Origin: Trichoplax sp. H2 | Taxonomy: Eukaryota | NCBI GenBank assembly: GCA_003344405.1 | Contig: NOWV01000133.1 | Span: 1-64,000 of the forward strand | DNA length: 64,000 nucleotides | Direction of reading: 5' to 3' | In this document: positions 27,101 to 39,091 of the stretch, one piece after another | Numbering within the stretch: position 1 is the first letter of the stretch | Layout of the letters: the number at the start of each line of letters is the position of its first letter | Made by a program: the position numbers and the translations under genes | The notes under the pieces: generated by a model | The model's database searches: none | Seen by the model: the letters and a program-made list of their open reading frames with translations, nothing else | What the model was told of the DNA's origin: nothing

Positions 27101-27486
27101 TTGACCCAGCGAAATCTTCCAGCTTGTAGTCTCTGAGCAAACTTATTATTTCCTTGTGTTTGGTATTGACCTGAGCCAACCTTGGTGTCTTTGCTGGTTG
27201 CTTGTACATTAGATAGACCTACACCATTTGCATGCAACTTGTCCATCTCCGATCGCTTACTGTTGTCTGACAATTTGACCTGAACTGGTGTGGACTTTAA
27301 GGGATCGGTATACAGTGGACAAGCCTTGACCCTCTTTTCAACATTAGCAAGCATCTTCTTGTTCCTCTTATCCCTTATTCTCTTTCTGAAATGATTCCAT
27401 TGCTTGCCTGTTAATTTCTTGAATAGTTGGAATTCTGCATAGGAATAGCGATTTTCATCACCCCGACGGTGATTTAAGGATAGCAT
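24113..27486 (-). CDS. RRP8: Ribosomal RNA-processing protein 8 / nucleomethylin (SAM-dependent rRNA methyltransferase), 5 exons (27486-26948, 25032-24903, 24658-24552, 24468-24372, 24235-24113)
   Basis: [65 protein letters not shown] and the C-terminal [10 protein letters not shown]. The start codon is the first in-frame ATG and is less certain. Confidence 0.95.
26000..26697. repeat. Near-identical tandem duplication of about 350 bp in RRP8 intron 1
   Basis: tttgacttggt...aaagtgcatcttcttttctaactgtcgg...ggggaaattacaaa...gcaaatgtttggac occurs at about 26000-26345 and 26351-26697. Confidence 0.95.
26738..26919. repeat. 46-bp minisatellite, 4 copies
   Basis: agatgcagtcttcatcatgctctagtcaaaagggtatagcagtcaa starts at 26738, 26784, 26830 and 26876. 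Confidence 0.95.
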
Positions 27487-27599
27487 TGGCAATGGAGGGA
27501 TTTGCAGACGATAGCGTTATTCGCTTCTTCTGCAGATTTCCTGTGCTCAATATCAAGGCAAATTTTGTACACAACCCGATCAGCTGGAAGAGAAATTCT

Positions 27600-28900
27600 C
27601 TTCTACTGTAAGTCGGTATAGTTGCTATAGACATGTCGCGAAATTCAGGTACAGTACAGCGTACAGTACAGTACTGTACGCTCTACACGCCTAGTACTGT
27701 AGTGTACAGTACTCGATCCAAATTGTACCGCCCCCCCCCCTTTGGACAGGAGTGACAATGGTTATGCACGAAGTATCGTTTGGAATGGCGTCATCTCTGC
27801 CTCTTGACCCTTGACTGCAGTCAGTCAGCTACAGCACGTTTGATCTGCCAAGTGACGTGCCAGCGTTGCAAATCCTAATTGCAATGCAGTGCAGCCCAGT
27901 AGTATTTTGTGGATGGATTACTCAATGTAATAAGATGAATCAATCTCTGTGCCTTCGTTATGTTTGAAGTATAGTCCGATTTGAGTCAGGCTTACATCCA
28001 ACTTCCAGAAGAACTTGGACAATTTGGTTCTGCTGTACAGTGTACAAGTGTACAGTATACAGTAGTGTATACTGTATACACTCGTGTACTCGTCCGCCGC
28101 AAACGATGATCCATTTAGACTGCTATAATCCTATTTCTGGCGTACAGCCTACTGTAGCTAACTGAAGTTGAGTGATTGCGCAATACCTTATTACAGTCAC
28201 AGTACTTTCCGTTATACGGTACTGTAGTGTACAGTGTACTGTACACTGCACAGTACTGTACTGTATGGTACTGTATGGTACTGTGTACAGTACAGTGACC
28301 ACAGCGGCTCACCATTGAAGCCATCGCATTGCCATTGATGATTGGCTGAGTGTCTGCATTTCTCAGACAGTCGTGTCAATTCTCAGGGAAACGAACCAAC
28401 GCCACGACGTCCAACATAGGTGAATGACGCTTCCAAAGCGTCAAGGAAGTTGATTGCAACGCGTCCATTGAAATCAACGCAACTTCCAGAAGAACTTGGA
28501 CAATTTGTTTATGCTGCACAAACGATGATCCATTTAGACTGCTATAATCCTATTTCTGGCGTACAGCCTACTGTAGTCAGCTGAAGTTGAATGATTGCGC
28601 AATACCTTGTTACAGTACAGTACTCTCCGTTATACAGTACTGTACACTGTACAGTGACCTAGACCTTGAGTGACCACAGCGGCTTACCATTGACGCCTTC
28701 GCATTGCCATTGATGATTGGCTGAGTGTCTGCATTTCTCAGACAGTCGTGTCAATTCTCAGGGAAACGAACCAACGCCACGACGTCCAACATAGGTGAAT
28801 GACGCTTCTAAAGCGTCAAGGAAGTTGATTTCAACGCGTCCATTGAAATCAACGCTACTGTCGTCAGTCTTGTGTCGCAAAGAAATGATTCCAATTTTGG
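27600..28900. promoter_or_regulatory. TACAGT/ACTGTA-rich island between the divergent RRP8 and glycosyltransferase genes (putative bidirectional promoter)
   Basis: Motif clusters at 27650-27712, 28034-28090, 28195-28296 and 28610-28655, plus a C9 tract at about 27732. It lies between two head-to-head start codons. Confidence 0.55.
27999..28855. repeat. Two-copy tandem duplication (about 480 bp and 375 bp)
   Basis: caacttccagaagaacttggacaattt...ttctcagggaaacgaaccaacgccacgacg...gaaatcaacgc occurs at 27999-28480 and 28480-28855. Confidence 0.95.
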
Positions 28901-29021
28901 GGGCACCCAGGTTGCCGCCACCTTGAATCCAATTTGAAAGCAAAAATTGGACTGTTGAGCATGGAATAATTCCAATCATTCCGTGGTAGGCATTGGTACC
29001 AAATTGATACAGTCAGCGCAG

Positions 29022-32000
29022 ATGGCTCGGTATACTTGTCATCAATTTTACATTCTTTTCCAACTATGTCTAGTATTGATTTTGATACAGTGGACAATCC
29101 ATCATGTCAATTATGCCAGTGATCGTTTATACCAACGCCGTAATGGCGCGTTCAAGCTGCATTCCCTACAGCAGTCAGTCCAAGTTGAAAAGGCGAACCA
29201 TAGGATCAGAAAATTAAGTAATAATAGTCGTCAATCAGTCAATTTAATCACCATCGAAAGTGCTAGACGTAGTAACCGTGATATCTTTCCTGTCAAGTCT
29301 TATTTTATACCAATGGTGATTTTTTCATCATTTCGGCTCCATTATATCACTCAATTATTACAATCATTAAAAGTGGCTGCTATGACTGCTAATTTAGATG
29401 GTGCAAGCCCTTGCTTATTTGTATTACATCGGAATAAGGATGTTTCACAACAGCATATCCGTGATATGCAACGACTGTTGAATACCATTCAATTTTGTAA
29501 GGTGTACCAGTGGAGAGTGCATGCTCCTAATCAAGGCAAAAGGACAGCTTCGTCCTTTAAAGCTGTCTGGTTTGATGCTGTTAAAAGAGCCTTTGAAAGC
29601 CAAAGTAAGTTCGAAATTAAAATACTGTAGTATGAATCCTGCGCTATGACCAAGTCGCGTAGCTCGTATTTCTTCTTCACAACGTAATAACTGGTAGTAG
29701 TAGATCAAGTTGTAATTCATATCAATTAGCATTGAATGGATCAAGGCCCATCATATTTTCTTTATGATTAACCAAAATGAGTACTAGTCTGGTTTTGTTA
29801 CTTATTTTCTGTTCTGTTGTCCATGATTATTATAATAATATTAATGATATGGAACACACGTTTGCGGCATACAACCTATCAAATGGACTGTATACAGTAT
29901 GTTATGGCCAATCCTAGAACATCAACTCGACTATTTCTTTATACTTACTTTTCATTAGAATAAAGTCTGTTCTACAGCATTCTTATGGACAGACTGAATG
30001 GAGTTGACAAAATCTACTAATCGCTTACCTTGACTACTATTGGTACTCAAGATACGAAAATGACTCTTCTAATTTACTCACCACCGTAATACAGAATAGT
30101 ATACTATTATACTGGTGCTGTCTTCTTATTGATAGTGTACATAAAGTGTTTGTAAATGATTATTTTTTCAAAACTTAATCAATCAATCATCATAATGCAG
30201 AATACTAATCTACTATACAGTACTCTTATTAGCAGACTTCATGGAAATGATAGAAATCTATCAATAGCTATCGTAGTACTCTTTGGACTCTAGATATTTC
30301 GTAAATGACTATTTCTTCAAACTTAATAATCACCATAAAATACAGAATACCATTCTAGTATACCGTAAAGTATTATTATTAGCAGACATGCTAGAGAGGA
30401 CACAATCTACTAATTACTCACGTACTACTAATTGTACTCAAAATAGATACTGGAATGATCTAGTTTACGTTTATGCATGCATATTCAGTTACTGACAGTA
30501 GAATACAGCCGTTTTGATCACCTTTACTTTCTACGCTCTGATAGGACTTTCTATGTCAGTAATGTCATCTTCAGCTGATTTGAAGCTGACTTGAATGGTA
30601 TCCTCAACTATATCAACTCGTATACCTTATGTGCGTTAACTCTATAATAAACTATAAATGATTGCTAGTAGAACAAAGATACTGTGTATGGAAGGTACCC
30701 TCTTGCTATTGATCCAACCTAATGATGCCTTTTAACTGGAACGAGTCAATTTTCATTTATCAACATTTTTCCATAATTGAATGTGATTTATCAATCAATT
30801 GATCTGCTATATACAATTTATTACTAGTATGGTATTTTAGTGCCTCAAGTTCGAATATACTAATTAAACTATAATAATTCATATCAATCGAGATGCCAAT
30901 TGCAATAGTACTCAGAATACTAATAGCTTATTCAATTATAATTTGTTCCAACAATTTTGATACTCTTAGTACCCATAATAGACGTTATATTATGCTAGGC
31001 CAAATATTACTTGATAATTCAGAATGTTGTCTTTTGTAACAAGATAGCTGGAAAGAATTTTTAAAGTATTCAACATAGATTACGTATTAAGCAACTGCTA
31101 TGAATTATGAATTTTAAATTTGAGTGGTAGATGCAACTGTATTTGCTTTTATTGGATTGAATATATTACAACCGATTCGTTTCCAGTAGTTAAATAATGT
31201 CGCTATTTGCTCGGGATTAGAATAGCGGCTATATTCAGACACTGTTAAAATTTGCGATTAATTGAACACTATTTCCTAATAGATAAAATAATAGGTTAAT
31301 TTTCTACTTTATAGTATCCTTATTATGATGTATTACAATTCTATAGTATCGCCATGATATACAGTAAATATTTTAACAGACAATGAAGAACTGATATAGC
31401 TTTGCTGTAATGCGTAAAATTAGTTACAACAACCAATATAGCCTCTTTCACTCGTAACTTTCTGTGATCCTCCAAATTTCGAAGACTATACGTTTATCAG
31501 AGATGAATGAGTAAAATCGATAAATTTTATAATGAGTTTCATAGTAATGCAACAGTTGAACTGCTAGTATTTAATCATCTATCTAGTTTCTCATATTTAG
31601 CAGTACATGAATATTAATCTAAATTCCTAGAGCCGTTACAGCAATTAGAGAACAAGCGTGAAATTACGACGTGATATTCATTGAAATGTAATTTCCGGCA
31701 TATGCATACTAGTACAAGTTCACATACTACTGATGTAACTATGGATCAGGGGATACTGGATCCATTATGTATTCCTGTACATGATAACAACGGATAGAAC
31801 ATTTCATTTTGTGAAATTAATTTCGCAATCTGTCCTAATCGATCATTTGCAATTACTATATAATGGTAATGTTGCTTCAAAATTTACTTTAATAATAGTG
31901 AATGAAGACAAACAACCGCATATGTATTTAATGTAGTATCCAACCAATCATCCCGTAACCACAATGTATAATCTGTAAACTATGAGTGATATTGATTGAT

Positions 32001-32940
32001 AATAAATTTAGCAGTAATTCATGCACATCTTTTCGACATGTAACACCTAGCTTTTATCTTTGCATAATTTGTAACTTTAACCCATGATTTTTACGATTTT
32101 TATGATTTAATGTTGACGTTGCCTGTAACGTTAGCAAAAAGTATACCTTTATGAACAACTTTACTGTAGGTCACAACACTAGCTAGTGCTATTTACAGGA
32201 CGCACAAGTACAATTATAGTAATGTTATTTTTTCATAACTTTTAGAGTTTGCTACTAGTACATCATCGTATGAAGATGATATCATCTTTTTGGAAGACGA
32301 CATTATCTTATCGCCGGATGCGTTAAAAGTCTTCAGATATGGTATTTATCAGAAAAATCGGCATAATAGCGTGATTGCTGTTGCATTAGGAGGTTGGTCG
32401 GGTGAGAACGTTATTAATGCACATCCTGATACATTTATCGTGCGCCGTTCATTCCATTTTCCTTCTATGGCATATGCGTTTAATGTGTCAACTTGGAAAA
32501 TCATCAAGTCCTCTAAATTCTTAAAGCATCGCAATAGAGATTGGTCAGAAGCTTTAGGCGATATCGTTAATAGACGATTGGGTTGGGTGCCTTATTTTAT
32601 TGTACCTACACTTGGCCGTATTTGGCATATTGGTTCTCAAGGTTTAGGTTTAAGAGGAGATTCATCTATGAGGCGCCATGTTGAATTACGCGCTCATTGG
32701 ACTAAGGCGCCACGATTAATTAATTTCCACAGTGCAAAAGTAAATAAAGGTTACAGAGATCTATTTGGTTTTTATTGTGGTCAATTTATTCTAAAGTCAT
32801 CGTTATGTCCAAGATCATATATTCGATTTCCTCCCGGCAGAAGGTTTGATATTATTTGCATAGATGCAGGGAATGGTCCGGAACCTTGCTTGCGGAAATA
32901 TCCGTATCTTGAAAGAGATTTTACTAATTGGATTCATTAA
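29022..32940 (+). CDS. Type II membrane GT-A glycosyltransferase, GT13-like (MGAT1/POMGNT1-related), 2 exons (29022-29604, 32246-32940)
   Basis: N-terminal TM segment FYILFQLCLVLILIQW, then IPMVIFSSFRLHYITQLLQSL, IIFLEDDIILSPDAL (EDD motif), DWSEAL and VPTLGRIWHIGSQG. The phase-1 GT-AG intron joins in frame. Confidence 0.8.
30145..30450. repeat. Degenerate tandem duplication of about 150 bp in the glycosyltransferase intron
   Basis: gtaaatga.tattt.ttcaaa.cttaat...cagaatac...ttattagcagac occurs near 30152 and 30301. Confidence 0.6.
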
Positions 32941-35244
32941 TTTGAAATGCATCGGCTTAAGCTTTGGTTGCATAATGGATTGCTACAATTCGCCCCATTA
33001 TAACACGATATTTATTTATCTTTACAATCTTATAAAGATTGTGAAGCGACCTTCATTGAAATCAAGATTTTATTTTGCGATTCATCCATAATCCGGTCCT
33101 AAAGTTAAATTTCGATAATAGTACAATAATCCCAAAATATCGAAAATCGAAATAAGATTTACAAGAGCATTTTATGAATGTTTTAATGTTATTATACTTG
33201 ACACTAAAGCATATATCTTGTAAAAAATTGATTCATCTGTTACTATGAACAACTTAATGTATTAACACCTGCAGCTAACCGATGGCAACAAAGACTTCAT
33301 TGAATATCAGTTGCATGACATGCCTATATATCCTGTCGTAAATTATTTAAATTTTAATTAGTTAAACAAATTAGTTATGCTGTATATGTTGCATCAATGG
33401 CATTCAGACTTTAAATATTGATTGAAGAACTGAGCGAGGCTTTCATAAGTTGGACTAGTATTCTGTTGATATATTTAATATGCTTAATTTTGATATATTT
33501 TAACTAATTAATTGCTGAAATATCTTTGTTATACCTAAATATATCCGAATTTACAAATCATTTCTGGTAGAAAATATGATCTAAAAATTGTACTAATTAA
33601 AATGAGCATAAGTTAACCGTCAATAATATAATCTATGCAGTAATATGACAATGTATTGTACCATAGACTACTAGAAGAAACATAGTAGTCTATGAGTGTG
33701 CATGCAGTGATATAAAACTTTATAATCCAGTATTTCTATAAAATTTTGTTAGTTAATACCGACTTATACCAAAAACTTTTCATTAATAAATATATTCAAG
33801 GTATAACAACCTTTACGTGCTTTTCTAATTTAATTTATCAACCAAAAAAATAACAGAGTAAACGTAATGCATAAGTGGATTATTTATGCCATTTTTGACA
33901 GTTTTCTTACTAGTAACAGTTATCTGGTTTGAAGAGAGGATGAAGACGCATCGACTCCATTGCCTAACGATGATCTATTAATCCTAGCTTAAAATATTTT
34001 AGTTCAAAAACAAACGATTACGTTCGGTAAACAATATACAGTACTTTTGTACTTTATGAAAATCGGTACGTCAATGCGAATGCACACTGTAATACACTAC
34101 CATACTGGTTAATCTTTTCTCCTTTTCAACTTATTTAATTTATAGATAAACAACCCAATAAATATGCTACTGTACGTACAGGATTTCAAGAAATCTATCG
34201 TTAAGTCATTTCAAATATCGTCCAGTAACACTAAATCTTGCGCTGAGAACTGCATAGAAATTGAGATTACTGTTTGGTGTTAAAATTTTAATATCATGTA
34301 ATGGTAGCTTAAATTGTAATACTAGTACATTTCTTGCACGTCATCGTGGTCTCCAATTTCCTTTTATGTTATTTTGTTTTAATTTGATATCGAAAAATCA
34401 ATATGTAACAATAAGCAATTGCAATTTAAAGAATTACTTATTTAATATTTTTCGGTTATATATTAGGTTATCTATACATAAATTGGATGTTCATATTGAC
34501 AATTTCTGGTCTACAATAGTTTGCGGATAATCATTTATCCAGTCTTCAATCTGCTACGTTAATTATTTATGTCATTAAGCAATAGCTTTAAATAATGAAG
34601 AGCCAAGCTAATGCCATAATTTTATAATGAACTTCGCCCCGCTGTAACTTAACCACAAAAGGAATAACTAATGAGATTATTTAACTTTAACCCACATATA
34701 ATAAGGCATAATCAATACAGAGTTGCTAATGCAAGCTTTTGATTGTTTACGATCAAGCTAAAGAAACTTTCGCTAAAATTTTGAAATTAGAGTGAGTATA
34801 AATAAATAAGACAAGGTTTACATCATTTCAAAACATCATTATATGGTTGCCTCTCATCAATTTTATAAATTGATAATCCAGGTATCCGTTTTTTTCTGTC
34901 AAAAAGGCTTAACAAATAATTAAAATACAATACACCGAATGCAAAGTGATCTGCACGTATACTAATTAAATGACGGTGGAAATCATCTAATTGCATACAA
35001 CAGACGCTATTTTAAATAATTATAGTATATTTACATAGTAGGTTTAATAAAATTTTACTATTCATAGCATACATACAATCTAGAGCTGCAACACTGGATT
35101 TAATTACATATCACAATCTTCATTAAATTTTAATATTACTGTGTCATCATATCCAATTATTCTCATTAATTAATCGCGTCAATCAATTACGTATGATAAT
35201 TCATTCATGATTTTGAGAACAATGCTTGCGGTTACCAGTATGTA

Positions 35245-35252
35245 TATATAAA
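35245..35252 (+). promoter_or_regulatory. Candidate TATA box of astacin gene 1
   Basis: TATATAAA about 120 nt upstream of the ATG; the paralog has the same element. Confidence 0.4.
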
Positions 35253-35371
35253 TAGCCTAGGTTCAATTTAGAATTCCGAATTGGTCGATAGATCATCTTC
35301 CAAACTGGGTAGTTATTTATCTAAGTAATTGACTATAAAGCAATATTCACCACAGCATTTACCTAGAGAAA

Positions 35372-38300
35372 ATGATGTTGAAAAGATCATCTTTGCGGGT
35401 ATTACTTGTGATTGTCCTTGCCGTTGTAGTTTTGACATGGCAAGATGGCGTAGAAGCAAGAACTGGTCCTAGACCACATCGAAAACTAAGTAACATTTTA
35501 AGCAAAACCAGTCATCATTCATGGATGACCTCCAACAGCTTCGGAACCAAAGTCCTCAATCGCTATTTGAACTACTTTGATGATATATTGAAAGCTAAAT
35601 GCATCACACAAAAAGGAACCAAATTTCGCTTCAGTAAACGATGGTATGATTTTTTTCGACGATTTTGGCGTTTACGCAAGAGAAGACAATTCAAATTCTT
35701 CCCTCATACAAAATTCAGTACAAACGAGAAATTTCGCAATCGAACGTTCGATAATTTCTGTTACGGCTCTTTACTCGATTTAAGTAACGCAGAATTCATT
35801 TATTCCAAGATCGATGCTGGCAATAAAAGTAAATAAAATAAGTTACTACTATCCACTGCTTTACATTGCTATTGAGAGTTCTTTGATAGAATAAAGCTAT
35901 TTGCATAAAATGAGTGATTGCTTGATCTTGGGCTAGCTTAATTCTCAATTCGTGAGGTAGTAAAATAAATAATATCACGGATTATTGCGTTGCAATATGT
36001 CAAATATAATGCGAATAACTCTTAATTTTTTAAATTCTACCTTATTTTTTTAGAACGCGGCCGAAAGATTAAATACTCCTTATGGGAAGGTGACATTTTA
36101 ATACCTGATACAACTATGGATGCATTCTTAGAGATCGTAAAGAAAAATTCAAGTAAATCCGGCACTCGAGCAGATTTTGATATACAAACTGGAATAAGTG
36201 GCTCTTTGTGGACTGATAATATAGTCCCGTATCAGTTTGCTTCTGGCTATTGTAAGTATCATATTATCATCATTTCAAGTCGATTGGATGTACTAATAAT
36301 AATTCTGATACTATCACAAATCTTTAACAGCCCAAACTGATCAGCAAAATGTTAAAGCAGCAATGCAACGTGTGGAATCTCAAACTTGCGTCAAATTCGT
36401 TCCTAGAACCACAGAAATCAACCATATTGTGATCAACGCACTGACAGGGTAAGCTTAAAGTTATCCGTCAATAGATATTACAGAATTAATATAATTATGG
36501 ATAACATAAGTATATATTCACTCTATTTGACCATCTTTACAGCTGTTCATCGCTTATTGGAATGCATTCAGGAGCTCAAACTTTGTCCCTTGATAATTAT
36601 TGCGCATCTCAACCGGGCATCATCGAACACGAATTGGCTCATACTTTAGGAATGCACCATACGCATTCCAGAGTCGATCGCGACGATTACGTCGCTGTTA
36701 ATTTCAGCAATATTAGTCCAAGTTAGTACATGAAATAGTTAACCTTCGTCTTGTATAATATTATTTTAAATGACTGTATCATAATTATATCAATAACCTG
36801 TGTTTACGCGTGTGCCGGCATAAAATCTTAATCACATGTTTTACGAGGAAAGACCAGAATTAATATCATAATGAATAACATGCCATATTCTAACGTAGAG
36901 TTCAAGAGATTTTATTATCGTGACATCTAAAACTATAAGTAAAGAACTGAATTTACATCATAATAAAGAAGATAATATAATCAAGTATTGAGTACTATAA
37001 TGAGACATTTTCATCCTATTTTGATATAGTGTCTTTTTTTCATGAAGAAACAAAACGATGATTACTCGCTTAATCATATAATCTCAACTCTCCTATATTT
37101 TCTTTGCACTCCTTAGAATTATTACACAATTTCAACATTTATCCTAATGTCCATTCGGATCCACTTAGCATCGAATATGATTACTTTTCGGTCATGCACT
37201 ATAGCGAGAGCGACCATGCCATAGATGACGATATACCTGTAATTGATCCACATGTTGAACAAGCAAGCATCGGACAACGTGATGGTAGCAGTTACTTAGA
37301 TTATGTCACGATTAATCAAATGTATGATTGCTACGGTAAGCAATATAATAGCTAAAAAATCGTATAGTTGATCACTTAAAATGACCTTAAATGATAGTAT
37401 AGAGGACATTTTATTTGTATTTGAGGACTCTAATAAATATTACTATAACTGTGTATCGTATTTGAGTCGATTCTACTCGACGGAGTAATTCTAGCAATTG
37501 ATGTTCTAAATCCAATTACAGTAGTAATATTGTTGCGATCAATAGATTTTAGTAAGACGATAAAGGTGGCATACTGGTGATGACATGATCTTTCTTAGGA
37601 TATCAGAAGCATTACAGATTGACCAATTCAACGTCATACAATTTTGATTTTAAATTTATATAAACATGTACTTGATGCTAATCATGATTTTAGACAACTG
37701 TAACTAAAGTTATAAGGATATACTTATATTCAAACTACAAAACACCTTTGTCAATTGATTGATTTACTTCCGTAAAGAAAAGAAAATCAAAATACAGTAT
37801 AGTTAGTTCGGATAGAAGTCTCTATCGACATGTTCAAGATACTAGTAGAACATTTTGGTATGATACTCCGCTTTTGTATACAGTTTCGACTCCTAAATAT
37901 AGTATATAATTACATGTATACTAGTATCATGGTTCTACCTAAAAGTCGAACTCTTATAGATAGCTGTTTCAAATACTATAATTACTGGTATATCTAAGCC
38001 TGTTCATTGGTCTGTCATTATAGACAAAACTCCTCATTACTGGCCTATGGATGAAATCGATGAAACGAATGGTTACATCTTGGGTAGCGATCTTATCTAT
38101 CCTCCTCCTGCTAGTACTCGAAGTTCTGAATATTTGTTAGGCCTAGATGTTGGTTATAAACTTAGTGCATTACGCGTTCGCGGTGCTGATTCCTTTGCCG
38201 ACATCGGCTCTTATCCAAATAAATGTGTGGTTGATCCTGAATTTTGCAGCAATGGCTTAACTGTAGCTTTCTGGTATAAGTTCGACACTGCAACATTACC

Positions 38301-39091
38301 AACGCCAACCTACTTGATATCAACCATGAACGAGAATTTACTTATTGATGCGGATCGCGGCTATGAAATAGTAGTCAATCGTGCCTTTAATGATAAACTC
38401 CTCTTTAGAATCTCTATTGTCCAACAAACAACTTGCTATATTGGATCAACTTTACCTTTCGGTGATTACATCAACGATAACTGGGGTCATTTTGCTTTCA
38501 CTTGGGATGCAACAATAGGTATGAAAGTAATTAAATTAAAAGAACGATTTTACATGACCGATTGGTAATCTATATAATAATTGTTACTATATGGACGAAT
38601 TTTGTGTCTCTATCAATAGGTGTTCAAATGTACGTCGATGGAGTTAGCCAAGGCTTTTCTGTCCCATGTGGAATTTTAGGTTCTTCATTTAGTGTTGACG
38701 AGAAAAATCCATCATTAATCATTGGAAAACCTGCTAGTTTACCTGATAATCAATATAATACTGACTTTTATATGGGTAAGATACAGTAATAGCTGCTTCG
38801 TTGATAAAAATATTACTGATTAATCATTTAGTTAATGTAAGGTCATCATGCAAAGATGAGATTTAAATAGTAAAGAATTCGTTTCAATGACTATTTTCTA
38901 TGCGGAGATTATTTTAATCTGTGTTTTGATGTATTTTAGATGATTTGGTAATATGGGAGAAATCCTTGAGTAGCAATGAAATTAATAGCATAAGAAATGG
39001 CGGTCCTTATCACGATATGCCGAGTAATGTCGGCAGCCTTGGCAGAAGAGAGATTGTTATAGGAACTGTGGCCGGTTACACGGAATTGTAA
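35372..39091 (+). CDS. Secreted astacin (M12A) metalloprotease with a C-terminal LamG/pentraxin-like domain, paralog 1; 8 exons (35372-35828, 36054-36251, 36331-36448, 36543-36721, 37117-37335, 38024-38518, 38620-38775, 38940-39091)
   Basis: Signal peptide, pro-motif WEGDIL, IVPY, TCVKFVPR, CSSLIG, HELAHTLGMHHTHSRVDRDDY and the Met-turn YDYFSVMHY. Then HYWPMDE, CVVDPEFCSNGLTVAFWYK, WGHFAFTWD, MYVDG and MDDLVIWEKSLS. Confidence 0.93.

Noticed and set aside
39077-39091. C-terminal YTEL of astacin 1 as a KDEL-like ER retention signal
   Set aside because: It is not conserved in the paralog (YVGL), and Tyr at position -4 is atypical.
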